From: Spirochaetia bacterium
GTDB lineage: Bacteria > Spirochaetota > Spirochaetia > SZUA-6 > Bin103
Direction: 5' to 3'
DNA: 64,000 nt
Assembly: GCA_965208575.1 (NCBI GenBank)
Contig: CBDBOV010000004.1
Span: forward strand, 1,152,001-1,216,000
Shown: one piece after another, positions 1 through 11,243 of the stretch
Layout of the letters: the number at the start of each line of letters is the position of its first letter
How positions within the stretch are numbered: position 1 is the stretch's first letter
Made by a program: the position numbers and the translations under genes
The notes under the pieces: model-generated
What the model saw: the letters and a program-made list of their open reading frames with translations, nothing else
The model's database searches: none
What the model was told of the DNA's origin: nothing

Positions 1-680
1 CGCTGGCGGCGGAAGGGCTTGCCGTGATGGTGGCTGACCGTGATGACGGCGGCGGCGAGGAGACGGTGCGGCGGATCGCCGCGGCCGGCGGGCGCGCCCG
101 CTTCGCGCCCTGCGACGTGCGTGATCCGCAACAGATCGAGGCCGCCGTGCGCACTGCCGCGGACGCACTCGGCCCGCTGAGCTGCGCGGTAAACAGCGCC
201 GGCGTGCTGCGCGCCGGCGGCACCCTGGAAGGCACGCCGGAGGACTGGCAGCTCACGCTGGCGGTCAACCTGACCGGCGTGTGGAACGCGATGCGCGCCG
301 AGATCGCGCACCTGCTGGAGCAGGGCGGCGGCGCCATCGTCAACGTGGCGTCGATCTACGGCGTGGTCGGCTCGGCATCCAGCGCCGCCTATACCGCCAG
401 CAAGCACGGCGTGGTCGGCCTCACCCGGTCGGCGGCCCTGCAGTACGCCGCGCGCTCGATCCGGATCAACGCCGTGTGCCCCGGCCACAGCCACACTCCG
501 ATGACCGCTCCCCTCCTGGACGACCCGGTCTGGCTGCCGCGGCGGCTCGCCCGCTACCCGATGGGCCGGCTGGCGCAGCCGGAGGAGACCGCCGAGCTGG
601 TGCGCTGGCTGTGCTCGGACGCGGCCTCGTTCGTCACCGGCCAGGCGCTGCCGGTGGACGGCGGCTATACGGCGCAATGA
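1..680 (+). CDS. SDR family NAD(P)-dependent oxidoreductase (5' end outside the window)
   Basis: NSAG, NVASI, catalytic YTASK, INAVCPG and a C-terminal VTGQALPVDGG. The Rossmann TGxxxGIG motif is absent and presumably lies upstream of the window. Confidence 0.9.
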   Translation, partial: LAAEGLAVMVADRDDGGGEETVRRIAAAGGRARFAPCDVRDPQQIEAAVRTAADALGPLSCAVNSAGVLRAGGTLEGTPEDWQLTLAVNLTGVWNAMRAEIAHLLEQGGGAIVNVASIYGVVGSASSAAYTASKHGVVGLTRSAALQYAARSIRINAVCPGHSHTPMTAPLLDDPVWLPRRLARYPMGRLAQPEETAELVRWLCSDAASFVTGQALPVDGGYTAQ

Positions 681-713
681 CGATTCCGGTAGCATAGCGA
701 GCCAGCCTGATCT

Positions 714-798
714 GCCGGAGTGGTGGAATTGGTAGACACTGGGGACTTAAAATCCCCTGGTTTTGACGACCGTGCCGGTTCGAGTCCGGTCTCCGGCA
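714..798 (+). tRNA. tRNA-Leu (TAA)
   Basis: Acceptor stem GCCGGAG/CTCCGGC, D-loop GGAATTGGTAGAC, anticodon arm GGGGA-CTTAAAA-TCCCC, long variable arm and T-loop GGTTCGAGTCC. CCA is not encoded. Confidence 0.96.
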
Positions 799-809
799 AC
801 CCGCCGCCG

Positions 810-1160
810 TCAGCCTGCGCGCAGACAGCCGTCGATAGCCGCGCGCAGGCGCTTGTCGGGAGCCGCCCACGCCAGACGGTATCCGCTGGCCGTCAGCCGC
901 AGTCCGCTCGCCGTCATCTGCGTCCGCCGGCCGAACACGCGTTCGGAGCCCACCACCCGCGCCCGCGCACAACTGAACCGCTCGCCCGGAGCCGCGATCA
1001 TCAGCTCCACATCCTCACCCACGTCCAGCAGTCCCAGGTCGTCGGCGGCGAGGAACAGGTGGCGGTGCGACAACTCGCGCGCATGGAACTGCATGAGCCG
1101 CGTTTTGCCGTCCGCCATCAACTGGCGCAGGTAGACCGGGACGGCAACGTGCTCAGCCAC
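810..1160 (-). CDS. Small hypothetical protein, possibly a PilZ-like beta-barrel
   Basis: C-terminal part of ORF 810..1562 taken from the GTG at 1160. ARELSHRHLFL...GEDVELMI...ARVV...GYRLAW resembles the PilZ D/NxSxxG pattern. Confidence 0.45.
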   Translation of the reverse strand: MAEHVAVPVYLRQLMADGKTRLMQFHARELSHRHLFLAADDLGLLDVGEDVELMIAAPGERFSCARARVVGSERVFGRRTQMTASGLRLTASGYRLAWAAPDKRLRAAIDGCLRAG

Positions 1161-1180
1161 GGGCGAAGGGCAGGTGGGGC

Positions 1181-1471
1181 TTACTTGCGGCGCCGCCAGA
1201 ACCGAAACTTCTCCACGTAACCGCAGTCGTCCGGCAGGTAGCGGGAGAACAGCGCGTGCAGGATGGTCACCTGCCGGCACTCCGCGCACTCCTTGAAGCG
1301 GGTGTCGTACGTCGTGCACAGGTTGCTTTCGGTATCCAGGAACCGGCACGGCAGATCCTTGTGCACCACCAACTCGCCGGCAACGCGGTCGCGCCGGTAG
1401 CAGCAGGCTCCGCACTGGGTACAGATGTCGTCCCACCACTCCCGCACCGGACGCGCAGTACCGCTCTCCAT
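1181..1471 (-). CDS. YcgN/YkgJ-like CxxCxxCC cysteine-cluster protein
   Basis: WDDICTQCGACC...PCRFLD...CTTYDTRF...C...LPDDCGY. Confidence 0.8.
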   Translation of the reverse strand: MESGTARPVREWWDDICTQCGACCYRRDRVAGELVVHKDLPCRFLDTESNLCTTYDTRFKECAECRQVTILHALFSRYLPDDCGYVEKFRFWRRRK

Positions 1472-1594
1472 CGCTGCGATGATACCCGGCCCGGCAGCCG
1501 TGCGCCACCCCACCGCCCCCGCACCGCCCCCGCACCGCCCCCGCCAGGCGTCTCACCGGCATCCGGCAGGCGCGCTACGCACCCACGTGACGGC

Positions 1595-1600
1595 TATAAT
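1595..1600 (+). promoter_or_regulatory. Perfect -10 box (TATAAT) just upstream of the lnt ATG; probable leaderless or short-leader transcript
   Basis: TATAAT lies 9 nt before ATG 1610, and no Shine-Dalgarno is visible. Confidence 0.5.
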
Positions 1601-1609
1601 CGCAACAGC

Positions 1610-3310
1610 ATGCGCTTCCGCGGCGCGGCGCTGGCGATCTTCTCGGCGCTGCTCTTGGCCCTGGCCCTGCCCAACGACCTGTTCCCCTACGGCAGCCCGC
1701 TGCTCGGCGTGTTCGCCCTGGCGCCGCTGCTGGCAGCCCTCTACCGCACCCCCAGCTACGCGGCCGCCGCCCGCATAGGGGTGATTTTCGGCGCCGTGTC
1801 GAGCGCTGCGAGCAACTTCTGGCTGATGTTCTTCCAGAGCTTCTCGGTGTGGACGCTCGGCGGCGTTACCCTCGCCTACGTCGCCTACTTCGCGGTACTC
1901 GGGCCGCTGCTGCGCTTCTTCGCCGGGGCGCCCGGCGGCAAGCCGCGCCGCACGTCGCCCGCCATGCCGGGCGGGAGTGCACTCGCCATGCCGGGCGGGA
2001 GTGCACTCGCCATGCCGGGCGGGATTGCACTCGCCATGCCGGGCGGGAGTGCACTCGCTATGCCGCGCGCGTATCGTCCCTTCGCCGTCGCCCTCCTGTG
2101 GACCCTGTACGAGTACCTCAAGTCGACCGGCTACCTCGGTTACCCGTGGGGCCTGATCGCCTACCCGATGCACGCCATCACGCCGCTGGTCCAGTTCGTG
2201 GACATCACCGGCGTGTGGGGGCTGTGCCTGTTGATGGCGCTGGTAAACGCCGCGGCCGCGGAGTGGCTCGACCTCGCACTCGACCGGCGCCGGCCGCCGC
2301 GCGTGCCGGCCCGCCTGTGGCAGGCCACCGCCGCCGTGGCGCTGCTGGCCGGAGCCGCTTTCGGTTACGGCGCCGCGGCGCTCGGGCGGCCGCTGCCGCG
2401 GACGGCGACGCTCGACGTCGTGCTGGTGCAGCACAACGCCAACCCGTGGCAGAGCGGCGACGACGACGCCGTGCTGGCCACGCTGCAGCGCCTCACCGGC
2501 GAAGGCCTGGCGGCCGCGCCGGCGCCGCCCGACCTGGTGGTATGGAGCGAGACGGCGCTGACCTGGCCGGTGATCGGGGCGCAGGCCGCGGACGCCGACA
2601 CGCCGGCGGTGCCCGCAGCGCTCACGGGGCTGACGGTGCCGCTGCTCACCGGCGTGCCGTGGGTGGTCGGCACCGAGCCCCTGCAGGCGATGAACGCCGC
2701 CGCGCTGGTGGCGCCCGCCGGGGCCGTGCTCGACCACTACGGCAAGCAGCATCTGGTGCCGTTCGCGGAGAGCGTGCCGTTCTGGGAGGTGCCGGCCATC
2801 CGCCGGCTGTTCAGGGACCTGATCGGCCTGCAGGCGCCCTGGGTGCCGGGCGCCGCGGCCACCGTCTTCCAACTGCCGGTGCGCGACGGCGGCCCGGTGC
2901 GGTTCGCCACCCCGATCTGCTTCGAGGATGCCTTCCCCTACCTGAATCGCCGCTTCGTGCGCGCCGGCGCCGACCTGCTGATCAACCTCACCAACGACGC
3001 CTGGTCGCAGACCGTATCCGCGGAGACGCAGCACTTCGTTGCCGCCCGGCTGCGCGCCGTCGAGAACCGGCGCGTGCTGATCCGCGCCACCAACGGCGGC
3101 GTCACCGCGGCGGTCGATCCGTGGGGCCGCCTGATCGGCACCGCGGCCCCGTTGTTCACGGAGGCCGCGCTACGCCTCCAGGTGCCGGTGTACCGCCCCG
3201 CCGCCGACACCGCGTATACCCGCTTCGGCGACTGGCTGCCGGCACTGCTCGGCATCCTGCTGGCGCTGCTCCTCGTTACCCGGCAGCGCGGCGCGGCGCG
3301 AACCGGATAG
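1610..3310 (+). CDS. lnt: Apolipoprotein N-acyltransferase (paralogue 1)
   Basis: N-terminal TM helices, GYPWG, WSET (E), KQHLVPF (K), PICFED (C), NLTNDAW and RAVENRR: the nitrilase-fold catalytic triad. Confidence 0.93.
   Translation: MRFRGAALAIFSALLLALALPNDLFPYGSPLLGVFALAPLLAALYRTPSYAAAARIGVIFGAVSSAASNFWLMFFQSFSVWTLGGVTLAYVAYFAVLGPLLRFFAGAPGGKPRRTSPAMPGGSALAMPGGSALAMPGGIALAMPGGSALAMPRAYRPFAVALLWTLYEYLKSTGYLGYPWGLIAYPMHAITPLVQFVDITGVWGLCLLMALVNAAAAEWLDLALDRRRPPRVPARLWQATAAVALLAGAAFGYGAAALGRPLPRTATLDVVLVQHNANPWQSGDDDAVLATLQRLTGEGLAAAPAPPDLVVWSETALTWPVIGAQAADADTPAVPAALTGLTVPLLTGVPWVVGTEPLQAMNAAALVAPAGAVLDHYGKQHLVPFAESVPFWEVPAIRRLFRDLIGLQAPWVPGAAATVFQLPVRDGGPVRFATPICFEDAFPYLNRRFVRAGADLLINLTNDAWSQTVSAETQHFVAARLRAVENRRVLIRATNGGVTAAVDPWGRLIGTAAPLFTEAALRLQVPVYRPAADTAYTRFGDWLPALLGILLALLLVTRQRGAARTG
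1960..2065 (+). repeat. In-frame 24-bp tandem repeat x4 (AMPGGSAL) inside lnt
   Basis: CGCCATGCCGGGCGGGAGTGCACT occurs four times plus a partial fifth copy. Confidence 0.95.
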
Positions 3311-4084
3311 CGTACCGGCCGCCGTGCTCCTGCAGCCGGCAGCGCGGCCCGAAGATCGCCTGCAGGTTGCGCCCGGTGAGGGCTTCGCGCGACGTCCCGC
3401 GCGCCACCGCCCGCCCGCGGTCGAGCAGCAGCACGCCGTCGTAGGAGCTGGTGATCTCGGCGATGTCGTGGGTCACGTACACCACCGTCAACTCCGGGCG
3501 CTGCCGGAACAGCGCGGCGAGGTCGTCGAGGAAGCGCTCGCGCGCCGCCGGGTCGAGGCCGATCGCCGGCTCGTCGAGCAGCAGCAGTTCCACGTCCGCG
3601 GCGAGGGCGCGCGCGATCAGCACCCGCTGCCGTTCTCCGGTCGACAGGGTGGCGAAGCGTCGCTCGGCCAAGTGTTCCACCGCCAACAGGGCAAGCTGGC
3701 GGGCGGCCCGCTCGCGGTCCGCCGCCGGCACCTCGCCATACAGCACCAGGCCGCCGCGCGCACGCGAGGCCACCACCTCGGCGGCGCTCATGAACGGCGG
3801 TATCTGGTAGCGTACGTCGCTGTGCACCCAGCCGATGCGGGCGCGCAGCAGGCGCAGGTCGGTGCGTCCGAAGCGCTCGCCGAGCACCTCGAGCGTACCC
3901 TCCGAGGGGTAGGAGTAGCCGGAGAACAGCCGCACCAGCGACGTCTTGCCGCTGCCGTTCGGGCCCAGCAGCACCCAGTGCTCGCCCGCCCCGACCGTCA
4001 GCGTGATGTCGTCGAGAATGCGCGCCCCGTCGATGATCAGCCCGATGCCGCGCGCCGCAACCGCCGCCGGCGGGCGCCGTCCAT
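3276..4084 (-). CDS. ABC transporter ATP-binding protein (ModF/YlmA-like); start region appears frameshifted
   Basis: Walker A GPNGSGKT, signature LSTGERQR, LLLLDEP and VTHD. Homology extends upstream of 3974 (IGLIIDGARILDDITLTV), but the only nearby ATG (4084) is 1 nt out of frame. Confidence 0.85.
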
Positions 4085-4100
4085 CACCGTCCGGCGTACG

Positions 4101-5822
<1,722 letters not shown>

Positions 5823-6108
5823 TGCGAGAACTCCGTGTGCCAAAGATGCACGTCGAACGAAACGCAGACGATGGTATGCCGTCGCTACGTCGTTTCTCGA
5901 TTGAAGAGAGATTCGCTCAGGATGAGCGTGCCGGGACACCTGCGCTTGTGCACGAGCTGTTCCTCGGGAGAGGAGCACCGAATACCGGCGACAAGCCCCG
6001 CGAGCGCCCGGTTCCGATCTAACTTTAATCCCCCGGCGCGCGAACGTCAATGGGGTAGGCCGTGCGAATTTCTCCTTTTTGCGCGCTCTGCCCGCAACGC
6101 GGGAGCGC

Positions 6109-6861
6109 TCACCGGTCAGCCTCCGGCGCCACTTCATGCCCGCTCAGCCGGTCGTGAATCAGCGCCTGCAACTCCTCCAGGCTGAGGTCTCCCTCTTTCA
6201 GGCGATCGCCCTCGCCGCGCACCTCGGAGATCTGCTCCTCCAGTTCGCCAAGCGTGGCAAGGACGTCGCGCGCCCGCTCCGATGCGGAAGCCGCGAATGC
6301 ACGCAGCGCATCGGCGTCGTTGTCCTCGTCGCGCAACAACGCCGCCGCGCGCTCGACCTGGTCTTCGAGCGGCGCGCGGACATGTTGCGAAAAGAAGATC
6401 AGAGACTCGTTGAGCGCCTCGATGATCCCCAGCCGGTGTTCGCGGCGTGCCAGTTGCCCGGCGAGCTCATGGCGATGCAGCACCGCACGAATGCGGGCCA
6501 GCACTTCCGAGAAGTTGAACGGCTTGGTGATGTAGTCGTCCACCCCCAACTCGAGCCCTTCGATGCGGTCCGCGATCTCGTCCATGGCGGTGAACATGAT
6601 GATCGGAACCTGCCGGAATGCGGCGTACTCCGGCGCGTTCTTGATGCGCTGCGTCACCTCCCAACCGGTAAGGCCGGGCATCATGTTGTCGAGCACGATG
6701 AGATCGGGCCTTACCTCGGGAAGCATCGCGAGTGCCTGCTCGCCGCCGCTGGCCATCTCGACCTCGAAACCGAGCCGGGAAAGCATGACCTCGAACAGTT
6801 CGAGATTGATCACCTCGTCGTCGACGATGAGGATGCGGGAAGTGGAAGAATGCGTTGACAT
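6109..6861 (-). CDS. Response regulator (REC domain plus helical C-terminus)
   Basis: ILIVDD, phosphoacceptor LIVLDNMMP and DDYITKPF. Confidence 0.9.
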   Translation of the reverse strand: MSTHSSTSRILIVDDEVINLELFEVMLSRLGFEVEMASGGEQALAMLPEVRPDLIVLDNMMPGLTGWEVTQRIKNAPEYAAFRQVPIIMFTAMDEIADRIEGLELGVDDYITKPFNFSEVLARIRAVLHRHELAGQLARREHRLGIIEALNESLIFFSQHVRAPLEDQVERAAALLRDEDNDADALRAFAASASERARDVLATLGELEEQISEVRGEGDRLKEGDLSLEELQALIHDRLSGHEVAPEADR

Positions 6862-6905
6862 GATGGAAGATGAGCGGCGTGTGCCGCGTCCGGCTGCCGA
6901 TCCTC

Positions 6906-8645
6906 TTATATCGCGCCGCCGCTGTCAACGGCCGTGGCGGGGCGGGCGCGGCGGGCGGTACGGGCCGTATCGGACGAGCGCGGCGCCGCCAGCCGGACTG
7001 CCAGGCCGGCCAGCAGTGCCGCGAGGCCCGCGCACAACGCCGCCACGCCGAACCAGTCGCCCCAGCGCGTGTACACGGTGGCCGGGCCGTCCACCACCGG
7101 CACGGTGCCGATCAGGTAGTCCGCGGTAAACGGCTCCAGCAGGCCGGTAATCCGCCCGTCGGGATCGATCGTCACCGTCATGCCGCCGTTCGTCGAGCGC
7201 ACCACCGAGCGGCGGTTCTCGACCGCCCGGAATACGCCCATCATCATGTGCTGCATCTCGGCCGGCACCGAGAACGACCACGAGTCGTTGGTCATGTTGA
7301 CCAGCACCTGCGCTCCATGGCGCACGAACTCGCGCCCCAGGTAGCCGAACGTGTCCTCGAAACAGATCGGCGTGGAGAAGCGCACGCCGCGCCCGCCGTC
7401 GATGCCGGAGTCGAACACCACGTACTCGGTGCCCTGCTTCCAGAAGTGGGTGTCCGCGTCCTTCAGCCACTGGTAGATGCCGGGCAACTGCTCCTTGAAG
7501 GGGAAGCTCTCGGTGAACGGCACCAGGCGGATCTTGCGGTAGGTGTCGACGATCTCACCCTTCTTGAACAGGATCGCGGCATTGTAGTCCACCCGCACCT
7601 CGCCTTCATCGGTGCGTTCCAACTGTCCGTCGTCGTTGCCCACCACGAACGGCACGGTCTGCCGGTCGAGGTAGGTGCGCAGCCGCTTCACGAGGGCGAA
7701 CCGCCGCGGATCACGGCGGTGACGCGTGTGCCAGTCGATGCCGGGCACGAACGAGGTCTCCGACCAGATCACGATGTCGGGATCTTCCCGCAACGCCGCG
7801 TCACTGAGGCGCAACAGGACATCGAGCGACTTCTCGTAGGCGTAGAACCCGCCGCGCCACGGGTCGATGTTCTGCTGCACCAGCGCCACGCGCCACTGCC
7901 GCTCGGCCTCGAAGTCGTTGCGCACGGCCGCGCCGTACGCCGCGTTGGCTGCCATCAGCAGCGCCCAGCACACGACCGGTATGCGCTGTTCGCGCCAGAA
8001 GCGCGCCAGCGTGCGGCGCCGCCAGGGGGCCGAGCGCGCGTCGAGAGCGTGCGCCAGCAGGCGGGCCACCAGCGCCGAGGCGGCAACCACCAGCAGCGAC
8101 ACCCCCCACACGCCGGTGACGCCGGCGATCTGGATGAAGTCGATCCAGCGGTACTGCGTGTAGCCCATGGTGCCGTAGCTGTAACCCAGGAATCCGAGAC
8201 TCTTGACCAGTTCGTAGCCCACCCAGAGCAGCACCTGCACCAGGTAGCCGTAGCGCGGGAACAGGTGGTCGGCCAGCTTCAACAGCGGGAACAGGATCAC
8301 CAGGTAGCCCATGTACACCACCGGCACGATGATGATCGCCAGCGGGTGGAAGGTGGCCAGCCAGTAATTGTACAGCGCGTAGCTTACGTAGCCGTACAGG
8401 GCGCCGTACAACACCGCCTGCAGCCAGCCGGCGCGGCGCAGCACCAGGAACACGGGTGCGACGGCGATGAAGGCCACCGGCCCGAGACCCCACTCGGATG
8501 CCAGGCTCGGGTGGGCGAGGGCGAACAGCAGCGCCGACAGCAGCAGCAGGCCCACCTCGCCCGCGCTGGTGCGCAACAGCCGCACCAGCGCGGGCGCAAA
8601 GCCGGCCTGCGGAGCGGATGCAGCACTGGACGACACCGAAGTCAT
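6906..8645 (-). CDS. lnt: Apolipoprotein N-acyltransferase (paralogue 2)
   Basis: WSETS, KIRLVPF, PICFED, NMTNDSW, RAVENRR and multiple TM segments. Confidence 0.94.
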   Translation of the reverse strand: MTSVSSSAASAPQAGFAPALVRLLRTSAGEVGLLLLSALLFALAHPSLASEWGLGPVAFIAVAPVFLVLRRAGWLQAVLYGALYGYVSYALYNYWLATFHPLAIIIVPVVYMGYLVILFPLLKLADHLFPRYGYLVQVLLWVGYELVKSLGFLGYSYGTMGYTQYRWIDFIQIAGVTGVWGVSLLVVAASALVARLLAHALDARSAPWRRRTLARFWREQRIPVVCWALLMAANAAYGAAVRNDFEAERQWRVALVQQNIDPWRGGFYAYEKSLDVLLRLSDAALREDPDIVIWSETSFVPGIDWHTRHRRDPRRFALVKRLRTYLDRQTVPFVVGNDDGQLERTDEGEVRVDYNAAILFKKGEIVDTYRKIRLVPFTESFPFKEQLPGIYQWLKDADTHFWKQGTEYVVFDSGIDGGRGVRFSTPICFEDTFGYLGREFVRHGAQVLVNMTNDSWSFSVPAEMQHMMMGVFRAVENRRSVVRSTNGGMTVTIDPDGRITGLLEPFTADYLIGTVPVVDGPATVYTRWGDWFGVAALCAGLAALLAGLAVRLAAPRSSDTARTARRARPATAVDSGGAI

Positions 8646-8717
8646 TGCAAGGACGGGGGAGCGGGGATCATGCGCGCGGCCCGCGCCAGACCCGGGCGCG
8701 GCGTTACCGGAGGCCGG

Positions 8718-9020
8718 CTAGTCGCGGATCTGCCACGCGCGCTTCTTGAGTTCCTGGCCGGGCCGGAATGCCACCACGCCGTGGTCGCCGACTTCGACCG
8801 ACGCTCCGGTTTTCGGATTGCGCGCCTTGCGCCCCTTGCGCACGCGAACCTCGAACGTCCCGAACCCGCGCAACTCGATGGTCTGCCGGTCGAACAGGCC
8901 GGCCTTGACCGCATCGAAGAACAGACCGAGCACCTGGTGGATGTGCTTCTTGCTGATGTCGACCTCGGGATGGATGATCTCGATGATCTCGGCTTTGGTC
9001 AGCTTGCGGTCGTGCCCCAT
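8718..9020 (-). CDS. HU/IHF family DNA-binding protein (Hbb-like)
   Basis: LTKAEI, IELRGFGTFEVR, KARNPKTG and FRPGQELK. Confidence 0.93.
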   Translation of the reverse strand: MGHDRKLTKAEIIEIIHPEVDISKKHIHQVLGLFFDAVKAGLFDRQTIELRGFGTFEVRVRKGRKARNPKTGASVEVGDHGVVAFRPGQELKKRAWQIRD

Positions 9021-9066
9021 TCAGCTCTCCACACACGGTGCGTGTCCGCGCACGTAAGCACCACGC

Positions 9067-9333
9067 TCAGGAAGCGAGCTTGCCGGCGACGAGCCGTTGC
9101 AGGCGGCGCTTGCGCCGCGCGGCGGTGTTGCGCTTCAGTACGCCCTTCGACACTGCGCGATCCAATTGCCGGGTAACTGCCGTCACCTGATCCGCGGTCA
9201 CGCTCTCGTCTGCTACCGCCTCGCGCAGGGTCCGGATGGTCGTGCGCACACGACTGAGAGCGGCGCGATTGCGCATCCGCCGCTTCTGATTCTGCCGCTG
9301 CCGCTTGGCCGCGGAAATGCTGCTTGGCAACAC
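9067..9333 (-). CDS. rpsT: 30S ribosomal protein S20
   Basis: SAAKRQRQNQKRRMRNR...LDRAVSKGVLKRNTAARRKRRL, with a GAGGAGG RBS before the TTG start. Confidence 0.95.
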   Translation of the reverse strand: MLPSSISAAKRQRQNQKRRMRNRAALSRVRTTIRTLREAVADESVTADQVTAVTRQLDRAVSKGVLKRNTAARRKRRLQRLVAGKLAS

Positions 9334-9387
9334 TGCCTCCTCAGGGTACGCCGACAGCGCAGGTGCTGCGCCACCGGTCCGCCCCCT

Positions 9388-9416
9388 AAACTACTGTACA
9401 CGCGAGGCATAGTCAA
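9388..9416 (-). promoter_or_regulatory. Putative sigma70 promoter of rpsT
   Basis: TTGACT-17 nt-TAGTTT on the minus strand. Confidence 0.6.
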
Positions 9417-9662
9417 TCCGCCGCGGGTAGCAGGTAGTGCGCTTCACGGCCAACCGGCACACATGGACTCCCCGCTGTAGCAATCGCTCGGTCGGTCGGT
9501 CGGGCCGCCGGCACTTGCACCTTGCGTGATTACGTAGTGGACACGTTGTATACATACACAACATGCTCTATACGAATTAAACACGCTGTACACCCAATAT
9601 TTTGATTATTTTGACATAGAACAGTAGACCGATCAGTCTCTCCAAGTTTATCATTCTGTGCC

Positions 9663-11156
9663 ATGAGAGAACTGTTCATGACCGCATGCGCGACGGTCGC
9701 AATCGGGTCGGGTCTCCTGCTGCTCGCACTTGCGGGGTGCGGGCAGGCTTCGCCTTCCGGTTCCGGTTCGCAGGTCCCCATGGTGACCATCGTCCGGGTC
9801 GTACCGTCCGTGACGTGGGGAGATCCGCTGCAGTTCCGTGTCCGGGCGGAACCGGCCCCGTCGGCGGACCTGACCGTCGGCGTGACGATCGCATCATCCG
9901 GCTGCAAGCTGGCGCAGTCGCCGACTTCGGTGACGATAGCCGCCGGTGCTCCGGCTGCCACGCTGGTGCTGCCGACGACCGGCGCCGAGGTGGGCGAGCA
10001 GGGGTGCGCGGTCACCGCCACGGTCGCCGCCGGCGAAGGCTACGCGGTCAGCGACGGCTCGTCACGCTCGGCCGCCGTCGCCATCACCGGCGGCGAAGCG
10101 CCCGGCGCCCCGCCCATCGTGGCCGGCGACGCGTTGTCAGCGGGGGTGCCGCCGCGGGTGACCATCGACGCAATCGTCCCGTATGTGACCGCGGGTGACG
10201 ATCTGCGGCTTACACTGAGCGCGGATCCGCCGCCCGCGAATGACTTTCAGGTCCAGTTGCTGTGGATTGATCCGGAAGGCGTCCTCGCCCGGGGGTTTAC
10301 GAATGTCTGGATCCGCACCTCCGGGAAGGGCGACGACACTTCGGTAGCTACCAGGGCCAACGCCAGTCTCGGAGATGACAACACCGCACAGGTGTACGTC
10401 ACCTTCGCACCATACCCGTGGTACACCTTCGATAACACGACGCGGGGCACTTTGGTACTGGGAAGAGCGCTTTCCCGCTCGCTGGTAAGCATCGTGGCAA
10501 ACCCCTTGAGCGTGGACGAGGGCGACGACGTGACGTTCACGGTGACCGCGGATCCGCCACCCGCGCGCCCGCTGCCCGTCACGTTGCATTGGCGAAACCG
10601 CGACCGGTTCGAGAAGAACCCTCCGCGGTCGGTCATGATTCCCACCCCCGGCAACGTGTCGTTCACGTTGGCCACAAAGGATGACCTCATCGACAACTTC
10701 AGTGACCTCGTAGGTGTCGTTGTCGATGAAGGCACCCGCAACGAGATCGGCAGGCCGGCGACGGCAACGGTTACCGTGGTAGACGACGATTATACCTCCG
10801 TGGTGAGCATCGTCGCAGACTCCACGGAGGTGGTGGAAGGCAACGACTTGTCCTTCACGCTGACCGCGAATCCGTCGCCCGCGTCGAACCTGAAGATCAA
10901 CTTGGATTGGACAGTCGAAGGCTATTTGTATGGAACACGCAGACGTGCACATGACCTTGCCGTGACCCCTCCGAAAACGGCCACAATCCCCGCCGAAGGC
11001 GCCACCAAAGGGACTGCCACGGTGACGGTGCCCATCGTCGATGATGACATCTTTACCTTTCCCACGACGGTGAGAGTTACGCTCCTGGCGGGCAACCTCT
11101 ACTTTGCGCCTCATGCTACTTCAAGGGCGAGCATCACCATCCGGGACAACGACTGA
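9663..11156 (+). CDS. Lipoprotein with about four Calx-beta/Ig-like repeats (putative adhesin)
   Basis: Lipobox LAGC, repeated ~100-aa modules (VSIVA..V.EG.D..FT.TA.P.P...L.V.L) and acidic ends VVDDD/IRDND. Confidence 0.7.
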   Translation: MRELFMTACATVAIGSGLLLLALAGCGQASPSGSGSQVPMVTIVRVVPSVTWGDPLQFRVRAEPAPSADLTVGVTIASSGCKLAQSPTSVTIAAGAPAATLVLPTTGAEVGEQGCAVTATVAAGEGYAVSDGSSRSAAVAITGGEAPGAPPIVAGDALSAGVPPRVTIDAIVPYVTAGDDLRLTLSADPPPANDFQVQLLWIDPEGVLARGFTNVWIRTSGKGDDTSVATRANASLGDDNTAQVYVTFAPYPWYTFDNTTRGTLVLGRALSRSLVSIVANPLSVDEGDDVTFTVTADPPPARPLPVTLHWRNRDRFEKNPPRSVMIPTPGNVSFTLATKDDLIDNFSDLVGVVVDEGTRNEIGRPATATVTVVDDDYTSVVSIVADSTEVVEGNDLSFTLTANPSPASNLKINLDWTVEGYLYGTRRRAHDLAVTPPKTATIPAEGATKGTATVTVPIVDDDIFTFPTTVRVTLLAGNLYFAPHATSRASITIRDND

Positions 11157-11243
11157 TGGAGGGGCGGCCGGTGCGGATCGGCCCGCACCGGCCAGGTTCG
11201 GTTACGGCAGGCGCGGGGTCCACCTCGCCGAACCGGCGCCCGG

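Noticed and set aside
714-830. tRNA-Leu as an integration site
   Set aside because: No integrase is adjacent and no duplicated tRNA 3' end was seen in the window.
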